Below are positions 57,048-64,000 of a stretch of 64,000 nucleotides of DNA, in pieces. The DNA is from Rhodospirillaceae bacterium (lineage in GTDB: Bacteria; Pseudomonadota; Alphaproteobacteria; Thalassobaculales; Thalassobaculaceae), in the NCBI GenBank assembly GCA_002722775.1, contig PBMU01000004.1, forward strand, positions 48,224 to 112,223. The letters are read 5' to 3'. The translations under genes were made by a program, and so were the position numbers. The notes beneath the pieces were generated by a model that saw nothing but the letters and a program-made list of their open reading frames with translations, was not told where the DNA came from and did no database searches. The first letter of the stretch is position 1. Every line of letters begins with the position of its first letter.

Positions 57048-58940
57048 ATGATAACTTTAGACCAACAACGCGCATTACTGGAAGAAGAGTTACTGGCTAA
57101 TATCGCCAATCCGGTGACTCCTGTTACTAAGCCTGCAGACTTGAATACTGTTATTGAGCAGACACAGACTGTAGTGACTAGTGCGCAGGCTAAAAATGCG
57201 GAAGTGACTTCTAGCGTAGAGACTACTCTGGACCAGCGGGAGCAGCTACTGGAAGAGTTAGCAGCATCACAAGCGGAAGTAACGCAGGCTAATATTGAGC
57301 AAGCAAACGTCGATGCTGGTATCCAGACTCGTGCCGCCGCTAGAAATCCCGGCGCTATCCAACAGTATCAGGATAAGGTTAGTGGCACTCGTGCTACTGA
57401 GCAGCGTAATAAGATACATGAGGCCTATATTGAGGCTGAGAATGCATATCTAGCAGAAGTGGAAAAGGCTAAGAACAGTAACTTCTTTATGCGCGCAGTG
57501 CGGGAGGAGCTGTTTGTTAAGCCTGCGTTTCAAGAAATGCAAAGAGCAGACGCACTACGCCAGAACCGCCAGCAGCTTACAGCAGCAGCAACACAACAAC
57601 TCTTCGCTAGTATCACAGCTAATACTAAGATTGAAGAGTCACTATCCGCAGAACAGAAAGCGGAAGTGGACCGTAAGGTGGCTGTTGCTACTGATATGTA
57701 TAATGATGTAGCAGGGAAGATTAAGATTACTGATGCTAAGCTGGAAGGATACAGAAAACAGCTTGGTCTTAGTGATGACCAGGTTAAGCTTGCCATTAAT
57801 AATATGGAGTTGGAGCTTAAGAAGGGAGCACTGACACAGCAGGATACTCAGCGTATTTTAGGTCAGATTTATGCTGTTAATGAAGTTGATAAGATGCGTA
57901 AGGCTCGCGAGGATTATGCCAGTGAGACAGAATACCTTGCAGTACAGGAAGATAAGTTCGCTGACTACTTGCGTATGGCCGGTCGTGAAGAGGAGATAGG
58001 TAAGACTACCTTTAAGGCTGCTATCTACAAGCAAGGCTTCAATCTCAAGAATGCTGAGGTTGCGTCCTATATGGCATGGTCAGCAGCCACTATCAATACT
58101 AAGGACAAGCTAATCACTGCTATGGCCAAGCGCAATAGTCCAAGCAATATGCCTACTAATACGCAGGATGATTCAGTATTGGCAGGCGCTCAGAAAGCTG
58201 TGGCTACCTACAATGGTAGTATTGATGAAGAGATTGCTAAACTAACACAACGTAAGTTTGATAATCCTAAGGATAAGGATGTTATTGATGAGGAGATTAA
58301 GCAACGGCAGGCCGCGAAGCTATCACTAGATGATATGAATGATGCTCCGCGTATTGCACGCTTAATGACAGAGATTAATCGTACTGCGAAGCAGGATGCT
58401 ACTACTGCTATCTCTGCTGGTGTACTGGAAATGTCTGACCTTAAGGAATACATCAAGCAGAATCCAGACCATGACCTAGTACAGCTTATTCCCTCCGACG
58501 TGATGGAGCGTATTACTGATGGTACCTATGCTGATATAGACCTGACCATTAAGCCTAATGATGCAGCAGGCTCAGTAGATGCTACTATGGACTCTGCAGT
58601 ATCCTCTATTATCAAGCGGGCAAGTGAACAAGGTGACGGTACTATGGCGTCTCAATTGGCACTGGCTAAGCAGACTGCTGCTGACATGGCTATCTACTAC
58701 AAGACACGTGCTGGTATTGCTACGCGCCAGAATGGTATGACGTCACTGGACAACATTATCATTCGTGATGTGGATAGTATGGATAGTAGTACATGGTTCA
58801 GTGGTACTAAGACTGGCCGCAAGCTGGATATTACTAATCAAGGTGATATACTGGAACTGCTGACTAATGGTTTGCGTCGCCGTGAAGCAAGACAGCGTAA
58901 CCCAATCTCAGCTTCTGGTGCGCAATGGAGGAGCTTCTAA
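57048..58940 (+). CDS. Second copy of the 630-aa coiled-coil protein (11403..13295)
   Basis: Identical translation. Confidence 0.55.
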   Translation: MITLDQQRALLEEELLANIANPVTPVTKPADLNTVIEQTQTVVTSAQAKNAEVTSSVETTLDQREQLLEELAASQAEVTQANIEQANVDAGIQTRAAARNPGAIQQYQDKVSGTRATEQRNKIHEAYIEAENAYLAEVEKAKNSNFFMRAVREELFVKPAFQEMQRADALRQNRQQLTAAATQQLFASITANTKIEESLSAEQKAEVDRKVAVATDMYNDVAGKIKITDAKLEGYRKQLGLSDDQVKLAINNMELELKKGALTQQDTQRILGQIYAVNEVDKMRKAREDYASETEYLAVQEDKFADYLRMAGREEEIGKTTFKAAIYKQGFNLKNAEVASYMAWSAATINTKDKLITAMAKRNSPSNMPTNTQDDSVLAGAQKAVATYNGSIDEEIAKLTQRKFDNPKDKDVIDEEIKQRQAAKLSLDDMNDAPRIARLMTEINRTAKQDATTAISAGVLEMSDLKEYIKQNPDHDLVQLIPSDVMERITDGTYADIDLTIKPNDAAGSVDATMDSAVSSIIKRASEQGDGTMASQLALAKQTAADMAIYYKTRAGIATRQNGMTSLDNIIIRDVDSMDSSTWFSGTKTGRKLDITNQGDILELLTNGLRRREARQRNPISASGAQWRSF

Positions 58941-61900
58941 TGAGCTTACGTTATGAAAGTAATAGCTCGTACGTACGGGCACTGGAACACGATGATGACC
59001 CTAGCTTTGGTGAAGAGATAGTAGACTTTGCCAAGTACGGTATTGGCTCCTCATTGCTGAGTGGTGGTATTGGACTTATCAATACTGCTACTTCTCTTAT
59101 CAATGTGTTTGGTGCTGATATCGACCAGCTTGATACTGGTGAGCAGTTGGAGTCGTGGGGATTCAATAATGCACATGCATACTACGAGGAGAATCAGACA
59201 CTGGTAGACGGTGTAGGCTTCGTAGTATCCTCACTCATACCTGCTACTCTAGGGCTGAAAGGAGCGCGTGCAGCCCAGCAAGCATTACGTGCATCTGAGA
59301 GTACTGCACCGTTGATGATAGGACTGCGTCAGGCACTGGTACCTGCTAGTCAGGCAAACAAACTGCGTAAGGCTATTCAGGCGGATGCATTGGATATTCG
59401 TAGTCGTGGCCAGCAAATACTAGCAGCATCCAAGGAAGGCTTCCACCAGGCCGCTGTAGAAGGCGTCTTTATGGAGACTGCTATCCTTGCTACTAATGTG
59501 CAGAACCCATCACTAACGAAGGATGACCTAACCTACTTCGAAGCTATTGGCGAGAACCTTGGTACTTATGGTGCAGGTCTAATATTCGGTACTGGTATTG
59601 GTGGTGTTATCAACACTGCTATCAAGTTCCAGACACTCAAGACTATCATGAAGGACAGTGATGAACAGGTAGCAGAACTGTTTAAGTTTGGTGCTATTGA
59701 TAGTGAGCGTAATCCGCTAGGCATCTTGGCAGGTGACCGGATAGCAGAGCAGCTACGTATCTATGATGCTAATCTCAAATCGCTAGGGGAAGTTAATACT
59801 GGCGTCTATGGTCCTAATGCACAAGGTCTGTCTGTGCAAGGGGAAAGGATTAATGCTACTGTTAAGGATGAATTGTATAAGACTGTTGCAGAACTGACAG
59901 GAGAGCGTAGTGCACGCAATGGGAACATTGATAACAACCTGACCAATGAAGTGTTGGATATACTACTGGACCCTAACAAGCTTACTCCAGAAGGTCGGCA
60001 TAACTTACTATCAGGACTGGAACGCATTACCCATCCAGAAGAGATTGATACTCTGTTTGACCCCGCTGCAATACCAACATCATTCCTCAAAGAGGATGGA
60101 TGGATTGATAGTGTTGGTAAGCGTACCTATGGCAAGGAATGGACTGGTAGTGCAGAGCAGAAAGCATACCTGCGTGATAATGTGATGGACTACAACAGTG
60201 CTATGGTGCATACGGAGAAGGATGGTACTAAGGTTACTGGTATCGAACTGCGTGACCGTGTGTTCCAGAATGGTACTCCTGAGGAAGTAACAGAATTGCT
60301 GCGTCACGAACTGGCCTATGCTCCTGCTGCTGCGCTCAAGGATGTATTCAGTAATGCAGCCAATGCCAATCTGGTAGAGGAGCTGGTATCTCTGTCTAAG
60401 CTGGTTAATAAGGGTGCGTGGAATCTGGTAGCACGGTCTGAGACAGTACGCAAAGCTAACGCCGCTGCGGCTGGTCGTAGTAGACAGGCGATAGAAGAAG
60501 TTGCAGAAATGGATGCGTACCTTGAAGCAGTAGAGAAAGGACTACGTGACCCAGAGCAGTTGATTGCAGATGCTTATAATGCTCTTACTAATCCTCGTAC
60601 TGCTAAGGAAGCTGCAGAAGTTGGTAAGACTGCGTATCAGATATTCGCGGGTAACAGTGCACTCAAGACTCGTCTGGGCTACAGTGAAGCACTGCTGGAT
60701 ACCAAGACTGGTAACATGTTCAACCTCAGTGACCGTACTCCTACGATACGGGATACTGGTAAAGTCTCAATGGGAAGAGGAGGTGTACATCACTCACAAG
60801 GTATTACTAAGATTAACGATGCGTTCAATGTATTGGAGGTTGACCCTACTACTGCATCGGCGCATTACTATGCAGCATCCCAACAGAAGCTGAGACCAAC
60901 GGAAAAGTTAGTAGTCGATTGGACGAACTTCTATGCTATTAACAAGGTAATTAAGGCAGCACAAGATGGTAAATTTAAAGGCGCTATTACAATCAAAAGC
61001 CCTAAGGGGATTTCTAATACAATTACTTTCGGTGGTACTGGAGATAGCATCGACCGCCTTAAAGGCATCTACCAGCAGTACAAAAAGAAAGCTATTGCTG
61101 ATATTAGTAATAATCCTGACAGCAAGTATAGCGTATCTGACATTGCCCGTATAGTGGATGTCAGTGAAGACTATGCTACGTTTCAAGGCCGTGGTACTGG
61201 GACTGCATTTTGGTCTCAGAACTACGACCCTGCTCGTCCTACTGTTATGAAGATGCATTACAAGAATCGCACCGAAGTAACAGACCCAGATAAAGTACGT
61301 GGATTACTGGATAGTCGTGCCGCTATTGCTCAAGCCCAAAGCCATGCAGTGGCTAATACTAATGACTTCCTGTTCTCCTTGGACCCTAAACTAATTGGGC
61401 TAATGCCGGAGTCACAAATTGAAAGTGGTATTAACTACGCTTCTACTATTGGGGCTAGCACTGATGCTGCCGGACTGTTACGGTCTGCCAATAGTGACTA
61501 TGGAAGCGGCGCGTCGTGGGCGCAACTAGTAGGGGAAGCCCATAACAAACTACGCGCAGCTGGTAATAATGCCATTGCACTAACCATGGAACCAGTAGAG
61601 TTAGCACTCAAAGCCAAGCCACAAGCATTAGCAGAAGCAGCAGTACTGGACCCTAAACTGAGACAGAAATTCTACACATTCACTCCTGACTTCCAGCCAG
61701 ACTCTGTAATAGCAGACCTTATGGCACGTCGTGCAGGAGTAGCTGAGGAGGTAGCACAACGTAATATCAATGCACTGATGCAAATGCCTGCTATGAATAT
61801 AGTAATGAATGCAGCATCAAAGAACAATACTATCTGGTCTGTAGAGATAATGGATGCAATTGATACCATTGTTAATGCAGGTCGTATATCCAAGCCTATG

Positions 61901-64000
61901 CGTGACCGACTGGATGCGCTAGTGAGTGAGGATATTATTACTATTCAGAATAAGGAAGTCGTCGATTACTGGCGTGCATCCGTGAAAGTGAATAGTGATA
62001 TCAATGCTAAAGGTAAGCAGATGATTGCTGGGCTCAAAGGATTGGATAGTAATATTAACCCTGACGTACTATATCCTGGTGCTCTGGACCCTATCCGCTA
62101 TCGTCACGCTGCCTTTGTTATTCCCACTAAAGGTGGGCAACTAGACGGGTTCAAACGTGGTATTGTGGGTGGTCCAGACGATGCTACTCTGTCCCGTCGG
62201 ATTAATAGTCTGAGAGATAAATATGGGAACGATATCACAATTGTACGTACTAATGAGGCAGAGAACTTCTTTAAGCAACAGGGGCTGTTTGATAGTGACT
62301 TTGCTCTTAATGAGTGGCGCGCTAATAGTGATTTACGTCGCGCTGGCCTTCTTGCTGACTTTATGCCTGAACCTACCCCTCAGCTGGTGGACAGCTATCG
62401 TAGAGACATGCAGCGTCAGTGGGGTGGAGTAGCTGATAATATTATGGAGATGCGTTACGCTGAGGAAGTAGCCACACTGGAGCAGGCTAGTAAGACTATC
62501 CAGATGAATAATAGTGCGCTAGGGCCACAACGTAATAAGAAGCTACCAGACAATTTCCGTGCTCAGCTAGCAGTGATGTTTAATAAGGAAGATACTACTC
62601 GGTTCGGTGCATGGAGAGATGTGCAGGAGAATCTGGATAAGGGTATTACCACGATAGTGAATACTATCCGTAGTATGTTCAAGTCTAATCGCAGTGGTGT
62701 AGACTATGATACTATGAATAAGTACATGGACCACTACAATGTACCACGTGTGTATGACGACCGGATTGGTGAATTACTGGTGGAGACGGAAGGTCTACCG
62801 GAGCAGGTAGTCAATGCTATTATACCGGAACTTAATGGTGCTGCTGCTACCCTCATGCTGCGACTGGATTATATACAGCCATTCGTGAATGCTATCAGTA
62901 CACCTATCACTGCATTCCCAGAGATTAAACATCTACTGGATTCCATACCACAGTTGCAGCAACAACAGATTAATAAGACGTTGTCTGCTCGTGTACCTGC
63001 ATCGGTAATGGAACAGACTGCAGAAGGTGTACCCCAGTACTCAATGTTCAGTAATATGAAGCTGGCACAACAGGCGATTAAGGACTTCTTCCAGAACCCT
63101 GACCTAGTGGAGGATTACTACAAGCGTGGGTACTCTTCCAGCATCGTGAAGGAAATGCGTGATGTTACTGATGCCATTGCTTTGGACCCACGGGTACTGA
63201 AGGAGAAAGGTATTGCGAAGTACCAAGGCATTGGGCATAAGATAGTGGATACACTAGCCACGCCAGCAGACTTCTCTGAGGAATTTGTGAAGTTCACTGC
63301 TGCACGTATGGCAGATATACTACTAACTAGCGCCGGCATTACGAATGGTACTACTAAGCACATGGCTATCAATACCTTTGTGAAGCGGGTGCATGGTAAC
63401 TATAACTATGCGCAGCGTCCAGCACTATTCAAGGGTATCACTGGTCAGGCTATTGGATTATTCCAGACCTATCAGTTCAACTTGTTCCAGCAGTTGCTAC
63501 GCCATATCGGAGACAAGCAGGCTGCAGCTACTAGTGCTATGATGGGGTTACAGGCTGGTATCTTCGGAGCACAATCAGTACCAGGATTCCGTGCTATGAA
63601 TGAGTTCATTGCTGAGAAGTCTCAGTATCAGGACGACTTCTATACACTGAGTCAGGACGCTGTTGGTAACGAGGCTAGTGAATGGATACTGTATGGACTA
63701 GCGTCTAACTTCACTAAGCCAGTAATAGGGCATGGACTGGAGTTATACACTCGTGGTGACTTGAATCCTCGCACACCGTTCATCATACCTACCAGCATCG
63801 AAGAGGTACCGGTATACAGTATGGCTACCAAGTTCGCAGGTAGTATCATGCAGCTAGCGGATAGTGTTGCTAATGGTGCTCCAATGGGACAGGCTATGGC
63901 AGAAGCTATGGCTACCAACGGGGTGAACAGACCATTGGCAGGCTTAGGGCAGATGATGTCTGGAGCAAGGATTACTACCAAGGGCAGTGCATTGGCAGTG
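58940..64000 (+). CDS. Second copy of the giant 1819-aa protein, truncated by the window end (partial)
   Basis: Same sequence as 13295..18355, with no stop before 64000. Confidence 0.65.
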   Translation, partial: MSLRYESNSSYVRALEHDDDPSFGEEIVDFAKYGIGSSLLSGGIGLINTATSLINVFGADIDQLDTGEQLESWGFNNAHAYYEENQTLVDGVGFVVSSLIPATLGLKGARAAQQALRASESTAPLMIGLRQALVPASQANKLRKAIQADALDIRSRGQQILAASKEGFHQAAVEGVFMETAILATNVQNPSLTKDDLTYFEAIGENLGTYGAGLIFGTGIGGVINTAIKFQTLKTIMKDSDEQVAELFKFGAIDSERNPLGILAGDRIAEQLRIYDANLKSLGEVNTGVYGPNAQGLSVQGERINATVKDELYKTVAELTGERSARNGNIDNNLTNEVLDILLDPNKLTPEGRHNLLSGLERITHPEEIDTLFDPAAIPTSFLKEDGWIDSVGKRTYGKEWTGSAEQKAYLRDNVMDYNSAMVHTEKDGTKVTGIELRDRVFQNGTPEEVTELLRHELAYAPAAALKDVFSNAANANLVEELVSLSKLVNKGAWNLVARSETVRKANAAAAGRSRQAIEEVAEMDAYLEAVEKGLRDPEQLIADAYNALTNPRTAKEAAEVGKTAYQIFAGNSALKTRLGYSEALLDTKTGNMFNLSDRTPTIRDTGKVSMGRGGVHHSQGITKINDAFNVLEVDPTTASAHYYAASQQKLRPTEKLVVDWTNFYAINKVIKAAQDGKFKGAITIKSPKGISNTITFGGTGDSIDRLKGIYQQYKKKAIADISNNPDSKYSVSDIARIVDVSEDYATFQGRGTGTAFWSQNYDPARPTVMKMHYKNRTEVTDPDKVRGLLDSRAAIAQAQSHAVANTNDFLFSLDPKLIGLMPESQIESGINYASTIGASTDAAGLLRSANSDYGSGASWAQLVGEAHNKLRAAGNNAIALTMEPVELALKAKPQALAEAAVLDPKLRQKFYTFTPDFQPDSVIADLMARRAGVAEEVAQRNINALMQMPAMNIVMNAASKNNTIWSVEIMDAIDTIVNAGRISKPMRDRLDALVSEDIITIQNKEVVDYWRASVKVNSDINAKGKQMIAGLKGLDSNINPDVLYPGALDPIRYRHAAFVIPTKGGQLDGFKRGIVGGPDDATLSRRINSLRDKYGNDITIVRTNEAENFFKQQGLFDSDFALNEWRANSDLRRAGLLADFMPEPTPQLVDSYRRDMQRQWGGVADNIMEMRYAEEVATLEQASKTIQMNNSALGPQRNKKLPDNFRAQLAVMFNKEDTTRFGAWRDVQENLDKGITTIVNTIRSMFKSNRSGVDYDTMNKYMDHYNVPRVYDDRIGELLVETEGLPEQVVNAIIPELNGAAATLMLRLDYIQPFVNAISTPITAFPEIKHLLDSIPQLQQQQINKTLSARVPASVMEQTAEGVPQYSMFSNMKLAQQAIKDFFQNPDLVEDYYKRGYSSSIVKEMRDVTDAIALDPRVLKEKGIAKYQGIGHKIVDTLATPADFSEEFVKFTAARMADILLTSAGITNGTTKHMAINTFVKRVHGNYNYAQRPALFKGITGQAIGLFQTYQFNLFQQLLRHIGDKQAAATSAMMGLQAGIFGAQSVPGFRAMNEFIAEKSQYQDDFYTLSQDAVGNEASEWILYGLASNFTKPVIGHGLELYTRGDLNPRTPFIIPTSIEEVPVYSMATKFAGSIMQLADSVANGAPMGQAMAEAMATNGVNRPLAGLGQMMSGARITTKGSALAV

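Larger units (their letters stand above)
45646..64000. repeat. Copy 2 of the segment present twice (same as 1..18355)
   Basis: See the copy 1 entry. Offset is exactly 45,645. Confidence 0.95.

Noticed and set aside
45646-64000. 18.4-kb direct repeat as a genuine genomic duplication or terminal redundancy
   Set aside because: The repeat is exactly one genome period apart, runs to the window edge, and would be 40 percent of the unit. It is more simply explained by a sequence longer than one unit (concatemer or wrap-around). It is still kept as a finding because of the single mismatch.

Overview
The window holds about 1.4 copies of one 45,645-bp dsDNA podovirus-like phage genome. Positions 1..18355 repeat at 45646..64000, and I found one synonymous G/A difference between the copies (10783 vs 56428). 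The genome has two gene arms. They diverge from a roughly 2-kb control region (35257..37437) and converge at 18755..18812. The minus-strand arm (35256 down to 18813) encodes replication and recombination functions: an SF1 RecD/Dda-like helicase, a DEDDh exonuclease, a Cas4-like PD-(D/E)XK nuclease, a Sak4/AAA_24-like ATPase, a family-A DNA polymerase, DUF5675 and DUF3310 proteins, a DUF3987-type NTPase, and many small ORFs. The plus-strand arm (37438 through 45645/1 to 18754) encodes the virion proteins: a small-terminase candidate, TerL, portal, scaffold, major capsid, adaptor, two tailspike paralogues with different enzymatic C-termini, a 1388-aa repeat fibre, and three internal-virion-type proteins, one of 1819 aa. 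I recognised no integrase, phage RNA polymerase, tRNA, CRISPR array or canonical lysis cassette. The most unusual signal is in the non-coding control region. It holds nine same-strand copies of the complement of the E. coli Chi octamer within 760 bp. The same region has a 28-bp perfect inverted repeat bracketing 503 bp, a hexanucleotide microsatellite and several iteron-like repeats around an AT-rich core, flanked by near-consensus sigma70 promoters. Genome-wide, GATC is almost absent (one site found by eye) while CTAG/ACTAG is strongly enriched. All motif counts were made by eye and need computational confirmation.
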